33,795 nucleotides of DNA from Candidatus Zixiibacteriota bacterium. Its GTDB lineage: Bacteria; Zixibacteria; MSB-5A5; GN15; FEB-12. Made by a program: the position numbers and the translations under genes. The stretch lies in NCBI GenBank assembly GCA_041742355.1, contig JBGSIV010000203.1, forward strand, positions 1-33,795, read 5' to 3'. The notes under the pieces are model-generated. The model saw only the letters and a list, made by a program, of their open reading frames with translations. It did not search any database and was not told the origin of the DNA. This document shows positions 1 to 8,181 of this stretch, in pieces. Each line of letters opens with the position of its first letter. The first letter of the stretch is position 1.

Positions 1-192
1 GACGCCAACCACGACGGCAAGTGTATCGTCTCCGACCTCACCTTCATGGTGAGCTTCCTCTTCCGCGCGGGAGCCGAACCGGTGTGCATGGAGGAGGGGG
101 ACGCCAACGACGACGGTACCGTGAAGATATCCGACGTCACGTACCTCGTGTACTATCTGTTCAGGGGAGGGGCGATGCCGCCCGGCTGCTAG
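1..192 (+). CDS. 3' end of a protein with a C-terminal dockerin type I-like (duplicated Ca-binding loop) domain; partial, begins upstream of the window
   Basis: Frame +1 reads DANHDGKCIVSDLTFMVSFLFRAGAEPVCMEEGDANDDGTVKISDVTYLVYYLFRGGAMPPGC* with stop TAG at 190-192. It has two DANxDGxxxxSD repeats, each followed by a hydrophobic helix. Not in the ORF track because the start lies outside the window. Confidence 0.85.
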   Translation, partial: DANHDGKCIVSDLTFMVSFLFRAGAEPVCMEEGDANDDGTVKISDVTYLVYYLFRGGAMPPGC

Positions 193-198
193 CCGGGC

Positions 199-972
199 TT
201 ACTGCGGGATAAAGAGCGCCGACAGGTCCTGGAAGAAGTGGGCGATGATGCACGGCCAAATGCTCCCGGTGCGAATGTAGAGCAGCGCGAAGAGCAGGCC
301 GTAGGCGGTGATCACGATCATCCCCGGAAGGCCCTGGTAGGCGTGCAGGCTGCCGAAAATGATCGAAGAGATGATCGCCGGGGCTACCCAGCTGCGCAAC
401 TTGCCGAGCAGGCGGAAGCGGGTCATGAGGTAGCCCCGGAAGGCGGTCTCCTCGACCACCCCGGCGGTGATCGAGACACCGACCCAGACTACCCGTCCGA
501 CCGCATCCTCGGGGATAAGGAACTTGATATCCCCGGACATCGGCATCCCCATCTGCGCCAGCACCCAGGCCAACCCGGAGAGCAGGAGGTTGGAGGCGAG
601 GAGGAATGCCCCGGCCCAGGCGAAGTCGATCGCGCGGATACGCTTGAATCCGAGCCCCTGCAACCCGGTCCGCTCAAGCTCCACCGCCGCCACGATTATG
701 ATGAACCCGATCCACTGGATTACAATCGTGCCCAGGAGCATGATCAGGCGCATCGTGTCGTTGAGGCTTCGCAACGTCACCGAGGGGTCTTCGGAAAACA
801 GCACCGAAATCGCAGGGTACAACACCCCCATCAGCGCCAGCGTCAGCCAGGTCAGCCAGGTGGGGCGAAACCCGCTGTTTTGCCAGGACTCCTTGAACCA
901 CGACATATAGGCCGGTTCAGGCGGGAGTGGATCGTACACCGGTATCCGTTCGAATGACTGCTCTTCCAACAC
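199..972 (-). CDS. CPBP (CAAX prenyl protease / Abi) family intramembrane glutamic metalloprotease
   Basis: Multi-pass hydrophobic protein with motifs EExxFRGY, FGxxH and HxxxD. GGAGG RBS precedes the GTG start. Confidence 0.9.
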   Translation of the reverse strand: MLEEQSFERIPVYDPLPPEPAYMSWFKESWQNSGFRPTWLTWLTLALMGVLYPAISVLFSEDPSVTLRSLNDTMRLIMLLGTIVIQWIGFIIIVAAVELERTGLQGLGFKRIRAIDFAWAGAFLLASNLLLSGLAWVLAQMGMPMSGDIKFLIPEDAVGRVVWVGVSITAGVVEETAFRGYLMTRFRLLGKLRSWVAPAIISSIIFGSLHAYQGLPGMIVITAYGLLFALLYIRTGSIWPCIIAHFFQDLSALFIPQ

Positions 973-1071
973 GGTCCTCCATATACCACAAACGGGTCCG
1001 ACTCGGCGACAGTTGCAGGAATACGCCGCCGGACCCCTTTTTTTACAATATCGCCCGAAATCACTTCTGCC

Positions 1072-1102
1072 TTGACGGCCATTCCTGCCGACAGGATACG
1101 CT
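1072..1102 (+). promoter_or_regulatory. possible sigma70-type promoter for the 1257-2100 gene pair
   Basis: TTGACG at 1072-1077. The -10 is poor: GATACG at 17-nt spacing or TACGCT at 19-nt spacing. Confidence 0.35.
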
Positions 1103-1113
1103 CTTCGCGCGGC

Positions 1114-1252
1114 AAAGGAAAGCCCGAAGCGAGATCCTGCCCCCTCCTATGTGATTCACGTGATACGGCCGGCCCGATCCGGTCGGCCGACGTGTGATCC
1201 TCACGTGGTAGACAAAACCGCCCGCCCGGCTTTCCTTTCGGGCATGGAGGAG
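1114..1252 (+). ncRNA. candidate structured 5' leader / cis-regulatory RNA (no known family recognised)
   Basis: AAAGGAAAGCC (1114-1124) is the exact reverse complement of GGCTTTCCTTT (1228-1238). It encloses an inner hairpin CGGCCGGCC/GGTCGGCCG (1166-1189). An alternative pairing GCCCGAA (1122-1128) / TTCGGGC (1237-1243) lies next to the RBS. Confidence 0.35.
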
Positions 1253-1256
1253 AGAC

Positions 1257-1856
1257 ATGCGTAAGAATCGAATCATATTCCATGAAGGGGTCGTCGACCG
1301 GTACTCCGGTCAACACGCCCTGTTCCAGTTTGAAACGGAAGACGGTAACGGGCCGGGGGCTTCCGCGACGCAGGTCGGCCGGACAGCCGAACCGGTCATC
1401 GCGGCGGTCCGGGCGGCGGTCAGCCGCCTTGATCCGGATCAGCAGGATCTGATCTACCAGGTGTATGTCCTCGGGAGGACCCTCCCGGATCTGGCCGACA
1501 CCACCGGTCTGCCCCATGCCCGTCTCGCGGTCATGCACAGACGCGTCAAACGCCGGCTGTGCAGCCTGCTGGCGGCGTTTGTCAACCAGCGCTTCGGGCT
1601 CGACGTGGGGGAGAGCGTCGGATGCCCGATCTGCCGCCATCCGGGGCGCGGCGATATCGACCGGATCATAGCGGCCAAACGCCCTGACCAGTCCTGGCGG
1701 CCGATTATGCGGGCGATCCGGGAGCAGACCGCCCTTGACCTGCGCTCCCCCCATGCCCTGATCGGCCACGCCCGCTACCACCTGCACCTGGCCCCATGGC
1801 CGGACACCGAACAACCTGACACCAACATAATCGGGAGGAACTGCCATGAACGCTGA
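1257..1856 (+). CDS. sigma70 region-4-like HTH protein with C-terminal CxxC...HxxxH putative zinc-binding domain
   Basis: VRAAVSRLDPDQQDLIYQVYVLGRTLPDLADTTG...HRRVKRRL fits the sigma4 pattern (L.PxQxxxxxxxxxxGxxxxxxAxxxG...RxxxxL). CPIC and HARYH follow. GGAGGAG RBS. No sigma2 region evident. Confidence 0.65.
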   Translation: MRKNRIIFHEGVVDRYSGQHALFQFETEDGNGPGASATQVGRTAEPVIAAVRAAVSRLDPDQQDLIYQVYVLGRTLPDLADTTGLPHARLAVMHRRVKRRLCSLLAAFVNQRFGLDVGESVGCPICRHPGRGDIDRIIAAKRPDQSWRPIMRAIREQTALDLRSPHALIGHARYHLHLAPWPDTEQPDTNIIGRNCHER

Positions 1857-2100
1857 GAAACAACCCAGCCGCCGTCGCACCGAACACAGCCTGACCGTCT
1901 TCGTGACCTTCGACATGAAGGAAAAGCTCCAGGGTCTGGCCAAAAAGTACGACCGCACCACCTCCGACATGATCCGCGCTGTCCTCCGTATCGGCATCCC
2001 TATGATGGAGGGGTTGTCCGAGGCGGAGGAGGTGATGGTTCGGGAGTATATCCAGCTTTTCCGCCGCCTTCGGCAGGTGAAATCGCTCAAGGAGGTGTGA
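1846..2100 (+). CDS. ribbon-helix-helix (CopG/Arc-like) DNA-binding protein
   Basis: Beta-strand SLTVFV followed by helix DMKEKLQGLAKKY and DRTTSDMIRAVL. GGGAGG RBS. Overlaps the upstream gene by 11 nt. Confidence 0.75.
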   Translation: MNAEKQPSRRRTEHSLTVFVTFDMKEKLQGLAKKYDRTTSDMIRAVLRIGIPMMEGLSEAEEVMVREYIQLFRRLRQVKSLKEV

Positions 2101-2203
2101 GCAATCGTCAATCTTGCTCCGGCCGAGAAGAGGGCTTGTGGAGCGCATAGAAAGGACTGTATAATCACGAAAACAACAGCAACATCATATATAGCCGGTC
2201 AAG

Positions 2204-3790
2204 ATGAAGAATATCTGGAAGGGAATCCTCCTCGCTGTCATAGTGATCGCTTTCGGCCTCGCCATGGCCGTATCCCGTCAGCAGGCCATTTCGGCGCAGA
2301 GCGAAAACGACCTCGCCGCGGCGCTCGCTGCCGCCGGCGACAACAGGCCCGAGCTCGAGAAAGTCCTGGTCCACTTCACCGAGAAGGGGGACACCCTCAT
2401 GCTCGATGCCGCCCGATGGCTCATCGGCAACATGGAGGGGCACAGCTACGTCACCTACGACCTGATCGATTCGACCGGGGACACGCTCGCCTGGGATGCC
2501 ACCGCGTTCCCGAACTACGATTCGCTGCTGGTCGTCTTCGAGGCCCTTGACAAGGCCCACCCCGGACTGGATTTCCACAGCGCGGTCGCGGCGAAAGACA
2601 TCGAGACGATCAAGGCCGATTACCTGATCGAGAACATCGAGCTGGCTTTCGAGGCCTGGCGCACCCGCCCCTGGGCGAAGGGCCTCAGCTACGAGGAATT
2701 CCGCGAAGGCGTCCTGCCTTACCGCGGCAGCAACGAACCGCTGGAACCGTGGCGGAAAGAACTGATGGCCCGTTACGCCGACCTCCCGGCTAAAATGAAA
2801 GACTCGACCGATCCGATCGAGGCCGCCTCCCTGATCAATAATGACATCATGAAGTGGTTCACTTTCGACCAGCGCTGGTACTTCCACCCGACCGATCAGG
2901 GGCTCGCCGAGATGAAGCGCACCGGCCTCGGCCGCTGCGAGGATATGACCAACCTCACGATCTACGCGATGCGGGCCAACGGCCTTGCGGTGACGTCCGA
3001 TTACACCCCCTATTGGGCCACCAGCGGCAACAACCACGCCTGGAATGCGATCCTCCTCCCCGGCGGACAGGCGATTCCCTTCATGGGCGCCGAGGCCAAT
3101 CCCGGCAGCTACGGCCTGCCGGGCAGACCGGCCAAAGTCTACCGCAAGTCGTTCGCCAAACAGCGCCAGAACCTCGCCTTCATCAAAGGCGACACCACGA
3201 CCAAAGTCCCCGGATGGCTCGGCGGCAAGAGCTATATCGATGTCACCGCGTCCTACGGCGAGGTTTCCGATGTCCTCGTCACGCTCGACTCGCTCCCGCC
3301 CGACTCGATCCGCTTCGCCTATCTCTGTGTTTTCAACGATGGCGAGTGGAAACCGATCCAGTGGGCCGCGATCAGCGGGAAACGCGTAATCTTCAAAGAC
3401 ATGGCGCGTGAAATTGCCTACCTGCCGGGGTTGTATGTGAACGAAAAGATCGTCCCCATCGGTAACGCTTTCATCCTCCAGCCCGATGGCACCCGCCGCG
3501 AGTTGATCGCCGACATGGCCGAACCGGTGGACATCATCTGCGGCGCCATGATGAGTCGGGCTATGGACAAGTCCTCCGAGACCGTCTCCGGCTCGCGCCT
3601 GAAGATTGGCGAGGTCTACACCCTTTGCTTCTGGAACGGCGAGTGGACCTCGGTGGGGGAAGCGATCGCTTCCGATGATCCGCTGGTGTTTTTGACCCCG
3701 TCAGCTGGCCTGTACCGTCTTGTTCCCGCCGCCGACGGGGAGGAGGCGCGGATTTTCACGTGGGACGGCGGCGAGCAGGTCTGGTGGTAG
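2204..3790 (+). CDS. secreted transglutaminase-like domain protein
   Basis: N-terminal signal peptide; AGDNRPELEKVL, FxExVLPYRxxNEPL, GxCxD (GRCED) and HAWN motifs of the Bacteroidota-type transglutaminase-core family. TGTATAAT lies upstream at 2158-2165. Confidence 0.85.
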   Translation: MKNIWKGILLAVIVIAFGLAMAVSRQQAISAQSENDLAAALAAAGDNRPELEKVLVHFTEKGDTLMLDAARWLIGNMEGHSYVTYDLIDSTGDTLAWDATAFPNYDSLLVVFEALDKAHPGLDFHSAVAAKDIETIKADYLIENIELAFEAWRTRPWAKGLSYEEFREGVLPYRGSNEPLEPWRKELMARYADLPAKMKDSTDPIEAASLINNDIMKWFTFDQRWYFHPTDQGLAEMKRTGLGRCEDMTNLTIYAMRANGLAVTSDYTPYWATSGNNHAWNAILLPGGQAIPFMGAEANPGSYGLPGRPAKVYRKSFAKQRQNLAFIKGDTTTKVPGWLGGKSYIDVTASYGEVSDVLVTLDSLPPDSIRFAYLCVFNDGEWKPIQWAAISGKRVIFKDMAREIAYLPGLYVNEKIVPIGNAFILQPDGTRRELIADMAEPVDIICGAMMSRAMDKSSETVSGSRLKIGEVYTLCFWNGEWTSVGEAIASDDPLVFLTPSAGLYRLVPAADGEEARIFTWDGGEQVWW

Positions 3791-3820
3791 GAGCGTGGGT
3801 GTGAGGGAGAGGCGACCGTC

Positions 3821-4900
3821 GTGAAAAAGTGGTCTGTCCTGCTGTTCCCGGCGATGATCCTCCTCTCCGGCTGCGGCACCACGCACTACTTCGTCCCAGC
3901 CCAGCCGCTCGGCGAGGAAGAGTCGGCGGTGTATGTCACATGGCACTATGATCTGCGAGGGCTCAACGCCCCCAGCCCTATCCCGGATTTCCACTTCTAC
4001 TACGGCGCTGGCGAAAACGCCAATATCGGCCTGGGTCTGGCTTTTCCCGTTTTCATATCGCATCTCAGCGCGGCAAGGTATTGGTCGTCCGACGAGGATT
4101 TCCGCTATGCTTTCCTGCACCTCGGCCAGATCGCCGGGACAAACATGAATCCGTTTGTCGAGGGAGGCTTCGGATACTCAGTTCCAGATGGATCGACTGT
4201 GCAGCAGTTCGAATTGGGCCTCGCCTACGGCAACGGCACTGGTTCGCCGTTGGCCGCGTGGGCTATGGATACGAAGTACCGGGGAGGCAACCGCTTCATG
4301 CCGCTGGCTCGGTACCAGATAGCCGGTGTGGACGTCGGAGCGTCGCTTCAGTACTACCACGGGATGACGGCCGCGCATCTGCGTAACCTCGAGAGTGTCG
4401 CCGACGGGAACTGGACCGGACCGGATAAACTGCTTCGCGCCGAAGATATCGATTCGGTGGCCTTCTACCCCGCAGAGGTATCCACCTCGACCAATGATCA
4501 CCTGGTCATCTTCATGAAATCAGGCTGGCAATATGATCTGTTCGCGAAGGGCCCCGAGGCGATCGCGGTTGGGCAGGGGGCGCGGACGAGCGATGCTGTA
4601 TGGCTGCGGACTGGCATCATTCCAACCCTGGATGGGCAACTTCCCCACTTTCCGGCCGATTCTCTCCCCGCGATGTGGTTCCGCGCCTTCACCCAGACCG
4701 GTCGCGGGGCCGAGTTTATCACTCCCGACGAGCCATTCCTCGGGCGAGTCGATTCCATCGCCGCTGCTCTCCAGCGGGGCGAGGATGTCCGGCTCCGCTC
4801 CTACTCCGACATTCAGGCCGAAATTCTCCGCCAGTGGCAGCAGGCCAAACGCGGCTTCTGGAACGACCTCTCGGTCGGCGCGGCGATCATTTCCCGCTGA
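3821..4900 (+). CDS. hypothetical lipoprotein, beta-strand rich
   Basis: GTG start with GGAGAGG RBS; basic N-terminus, hydrophobic stretch and lipobox LSGC (Cys18). Confidence 0.75.
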   Translation: MKKWSVLLFPAMILLSGCGTTHYFVPAQPLGEEESAVYVTWHYDLRGLNAPSPIPDFHFYYGAGENANIGLGLAFPVFISHLSAARYWSSDEDFRYAFLHLGQIAGTNMNPFVEGGFGYSVPDGSTVQQFELGLAYGNGTGSPLAAWAMDTKYRGGNRFMPLARYQIAGVDVGASLQYYHGMTAAHLRNLESVADGNWTGPDKLLRAEDIDSVAFYPAEVSTSTNDHLVIFMKSGWQYDLFAKGPEAIAVGQGARTSDAVWLRTGIIPTLDGQLPHFPADSLPAMWFRAFTQTGRGAEFITPDEPFLGRVDSIAAALQRGEDVRLRSYSDIQAEILRQWQQAKRGFWNDLSVGAAIISR

Positions 4901-5007
4901 GCGCACATCTCGATCACGGTCGGAACATTTCGCCGTCTCCGGCACTTTTCTTAGATAACACCCGGCCATACACCTTTCCGCATAACCCCGTGTTCAGGAT
5001 GATCTTT

Positions 5008-5922
5008 ATGGGCGTGCTCCGCATGATCAAAGACGCGATCTGGAAATTTTTCGAGGACGATGTCTTCACCCTCGCCGGTGCAGTTTCGTTCTTCACCGCC
5101 CTGTCGCTGGCCCCCCTCGTCGTGATCCTGATCGGGGCCGCCGGATTCTTCGGCGACCAGATCCACACCAAACTCATCGGCGAGATCAAAGCCCTCCTCG
5201 GGGAACAGGCCGGCGAGGCGATCGATGTTGTCGTGCAGCACGCCGCCGAACAGAAAATCGCCGGCGGCATCTCGGCCCTGATCGGTCTGGTCACCCTGCT
5301 GTTCTCGGCCACCGGCGTGTTCGTGCAGCTCCAGAAATCCATGAACCGGATCTGGGGGATCGAGCCTGAACCGGGACGCGAGATTAAGGAGTTCTTCATG
5401 AAGCGGCTCCTTTCGCTCGGCATGATCCTCGGGGTCGGATTCCTGCTTCTCGTCTCGCTTGCCGTGAGCGCCGTCCTCTCCGCCCTTGTCTCGGGGGAGG
5501 GCTGGATCTGGCAGGGAGTGAACCTCGCCGTATCGCTTCTGGTCTACTTCATCGCCTTCGGCGCCATTCTCCAGTACCTCCCCGATGCCGATATCCGCTG
5601 GGGGGATGTCGCGGTGGGCGCACTGATCACCGCCGTGCTCTTCAACATCGGGAAGTTTGGTATCGGCCAGTACCTCGGCACCAGCAGCATCGGGTCCGCC
5701 TATGGCGCGGCGGGGTCGTTTGTCGTCCTGCTCGTGTGGGTCTACTACTCGGCGCTGATTATCTTCTTCGGGACCGAACTGGCCTACTTTTATGTCGAGC
5801 GCTACGGCCACGGCATCACCCCCGACCGCCATGCCCGGTGGTCGAACCCGGAGCGTCGCCACCAGGTCGGCCGCACCGAGAAACTCAAACGGCACCAGCG
5901 GGAAGAACAGCACACCCGCTGA
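5008..5922 (+). CDS. YihY / virulence factor BrkB family inner-membrane protein
   Basis: LAGAVSFFTALSLAP, ATGVFVQLQKSMNRIW and YGAAGSFVVLLVWVYYSALIIFFG.E motifs. The true start is ~4999-5023, not 4600 as in the ORF track. Confidence 0.9.
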   Translation: MGVLRMIKDAIWKFFEDDVFTLAGAVSFFTALSLAPLVVILIGAAGFFGDQIHTKLIGEIKALLGEQAGEAIDVVVQHAAEQKIAGGISALIGLVTLLFSATGVFVQLQKSMNRIWGIEPEPGREIKEFFMKRLLSLGMILGVGFLLLVSLAVSAVLSALVSGEGWIWQGVNLAVSLLVYFIAFGAILQYLPDADIRWGDVAVGALITAVLFNIGKFGIGQYLGTSSIGSAYGAAGSFVVLLVWVYYSALIIFFGTELAYFYVERYGHGITPDRHARWSNPERRHQVGRTEKLKRHQREEQHTR

Positions 5923-5937
5923 CCGCCACATTCCCGC

Positions 5938-5965
5938 TTGCCATCCCCTTTCCACCGCGTATATT
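5938..5965 (+). promoter_or_regulatory. sigma70-type promoter
   Basis: TTGCCA-N16-TATATT upstream of the ALDH gene. Confidence 0.5.
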
Positions 5966-6040
5966 GCCCCAGCGGGTCCCTCATGGACCACTACGACCCA
6001 CACCGGGTCATATCAGCCTTTCCGGAGGAAGCTATTCGCC

Positions 6041-7501
6041 ATGACCGAAACGGTAATCAGGAAGCTCGACATCGACGCTATCATGAACCGCGCCAAAACG
6101 GCCGCCGAGCTGTTCCGACATCTGGATCAGGAGCAGACCGACCGCATCGTTACCGCTGTCTACCGCGCCGGGTTCAACCAGCGCATCCGCCTGGCGAAAA
6201 TGGCGGTCGAGGAGACCGGCCTGGGCGTCTGGCAGGACAAGGTCATCAAGAATGTCATCGCCACCCGCTTCGTCTATGAGGACATTCGCGCCCTGAAGAC
6301 TGTCGGCGTGATCTCCGAGGACGAGGAGAGCGGAATAATCGAGATCGCCCAGCCGATCGGCCCGATTTTCGCCCTCACGCCGATCACCAATCCCACCTCG
6401 ACCGTCCTCTTCAAGATTCTCATCTCGCTCAAGTCTCGCAATCCGATCATCATCCGCCCCCATGGCGCGGCGCGCAAGTGCTCGATCGAGGCCGCAAAGG
6501 TGTGTTACGAAGCCGCCCTCGCCGCCCGCGCTCCCGAGCACTGCGTGCAGTGGGTCGGGCGTTCGACTGAGGAAGAGACAATCGCGCTGACCAGACACCG
6601 CAAAGTCGCCATGATCCTTGCCACTGGCTCCGAGGCGCTCGTCCGTGCCGCCTACAGCTCGGGCAATCCCGCTATCGGCGTCGGGCCGGGCAACGTGCCG
6701 GTGTTTATCGGCAAGAGCGCCGATATCAAATTCGCCGTCGACCAGATCTTCATGTCAAAGACCTTCGACAACGGCACCGTCTGCGCCAGCGAACAGGCGC
6801 TGGTCGTGCGGGCTTGCCATGTCGAGGAGATGAAACGGCTCTTCCGCGAGAAGGGCGCGCACTTCCTGACGCCCGACGAGATCAGGAAGCTCGAACCGGT
6901 CGCGTTCAACGCAACCTCCCGCGTCATGCGGGTCGAGGTGATCGGCCAGCCGGCTGTCAAGATCGCGCAGATGGCCGGAATCGACGTGCCCCCGGACACG
7001 ACCCTCCTGATCGCCGAACTCGAGGAGGTCGGGCCGCAGTCGCCGCTGTCGCTGGAGATCCTCGCCCCGGTGCTCGCTTTCTATGTCGCCAACGGGCTCG
7101 ACCACGCGATCGAGCTCTGCCGCAAGATCAACCACAACGGCGGTCTCGGGCACACGATCAGCATGTTCTCCAACAACGAGGAGCGCATCCGCTATTTCGC
7201 CTCGACCATGAACGCCGGGCGTATCCTGGTCAACACCCCCGCCTCGCAGGGGGCGCTGGGCGGCACCTACAATTCGCTCCAGCCGTCGCTGACGCTTGGC
7301 TGCGGCTCCGGCGGGAAGAACATCACCACCGACAACATCAGCGCCCGCCACCTGCTTAATATCCAGCGTATCGCGCGGCGCCGGGAGCACCACTGTATCA
7401 GCCCCGAGGCGCTGGCGCACTACCTCGATGAATCGGTCGATGCCGCCGCGATGGAGATCAAGTGCGAAGAGGCGAAGGTGAACGGGACACTGCAGAAATA
7501 A
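6041..7501 (+). CDS. CoA-acylating aldehyde dehydrogenase (AdhE N-terminal / EutE-like, stand-alone)
   Basis: PITNPTST, ATGS...AYSSGNPAIGVGPGN, SKTFDNGTVCASEQ (catalytic Cys), EILAP, PSLTLGCG and HLLNI motifs. GGAGG RBS before ATG 6041. Confidence 0.9.
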   Translation: MTETVIRKLDIDAIMNRAKTAAELFRHLDQEQTDRIVTAVYRAGFNQRIRLAKMAVEETGLGVWQDKVIKNVIATRFVYEDIRALKTVGVISEDEESGIIEIAQPIGPIFALTPITNPTSTVLFKILISLKSRNPIIIRPHGAARKCSIEAAKVCYEAALAARAPEHCVQWVGRSTEEETIALTRHRKVAMILATGSEALVRAAYSSGNPAIGVGPGNVPVFIGKSADIKFAVDQIFMSKTFDNGTVCASEQALVVRACHVEEMKRLFREKGAHFLTPDEIRKLEPVAFNATSRVMRVEVIGQPAVKIAQMAGIDVPPDTTLLIAELEEVGPQSPLSLEILAPVLAFYVANGLDHAIELCRKINHNGGLGHTISMFSNNEERIRYFASTMNAGRILVNTPASQGALGGTYNSLQPSLTLGCGSGGKNITTDNISARHLLNIQRIARRREHHCISPEALAHYLDESVDAAAMEIKCEEAKVNGTLQK

Positions 7502-7503
7502 TC

Positions 7504-7968
7504 TCAGGGTACTCGGGACTCGGAGATCCAGCGCCAGCCGGTCCGCGGTCGGGGGTCAAGAAGCGTCACCCGGCCGTCCCGGTCAGGGTTCTCCAGGGCG
7601 GAGCGGTAGAGGGCCTCGGTCAGCGCCCAGTGTTCCTCCCGGAACCAATCGTACCCGCGTGGCGGTAAGTCGATGTTCCGCGAGTGAAAGGTGCGGATGA
7701 ACCAGGACGGATCGATGCAGTCGCACAGGGGGGAGCGATAGCCGATACGACGCGGGGAGTAGGCGGCCACCAGCGAACCGGATCCCAGCCGGGATCTGAT
7801 CCCAACCGACGACTGGTACTGTGCGGTGGAGTCCGAGAGGGAAGACGATGATGGCGAGGCGGCCGAGTCGGATACCGCTCGCAGGTCTTCGGCAGGCGCT
7901 GCCGACGCGATCAGGGCTGCGGTCGCGAATGACAGGAGCCAGAAAGCAACCCGGTGTCGTCTGTTCAT
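7504..7968 (-). CDS. hypothetical secreted protein (154 aa)
   Basis: GGGGAG RBS before ATG at 7968; signal peptide MNRRHRVAFWLLSFATAALIASAAPA; Ser-rich linker; CxC; own promoter upstream. Confidence 0.65.
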   Translation of the reverse strand: MNRRHRVAFWLLSFATAALIASAAPAEDLRAVSDSAASPSSSSLSDSTAQYQSSVGIRSRLGSGSLVAAYSPRRIGYRSPLCDCIDPSWFIRTFHSRNIDLPPRGYDWFREEHWALTEALYRSALENPDRDGRVTLLDPRPRTGWRWISESRVP

Positions 7969-8058
7969 AGTATTCTCCCCGCCGTTATTGCCGACTGCAC
8001 GCGAGCAGGACAATGCACTCTCAGGTCGAGGACCGCGCGCGGAGCGCTGTCTGCACAC

Positions 8059-8087
8059 AGACTAGGCAACGCCGGCGGGGTTGTCAA
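8059..8087 (-). promoter_or_regulatory. sigma70-type promoter for the 7504-7968 gene
   Basis: Minus strand reads TTGACA-N17-TAGTCT. The -35 sits inside the inverted repeat GGGTTGTCAACCC. Confidence 0.55.
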
Positions 8088-8123
8088 CCCGATTCGGGTT
8101 AAAGGGCCAGGCCAAAAAACAAC

Positions 8124-8152
8124 TTGAGCCGCCGTCGGCTTTCTTGTATCAT
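8124..8152 (+). promoter_or_regulatory. sigma70-type promoter of the lipid A cluster
   Basis: TTGAGC-N17-TATCAT with an A-rich tract upstream, 30 nt before the lpxC start. Confidence 0.55.
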
Positions 8153-8181
8153 CCGGCGAATTCGTTGAAACGGAAGCGACT

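Noticed and set aside
1105..1250. Leader as 6S RNA or c-di-GMP-I riboswitch (GGCAAA at 1111)
   Set aside because: Shorter than typical 6S and lacks its conserved bubble-flanking sequences. The GEMM GAAA-tetraloop and GACGCAAA elements are not arranged correctly. Kept only as an unknown structured leader.
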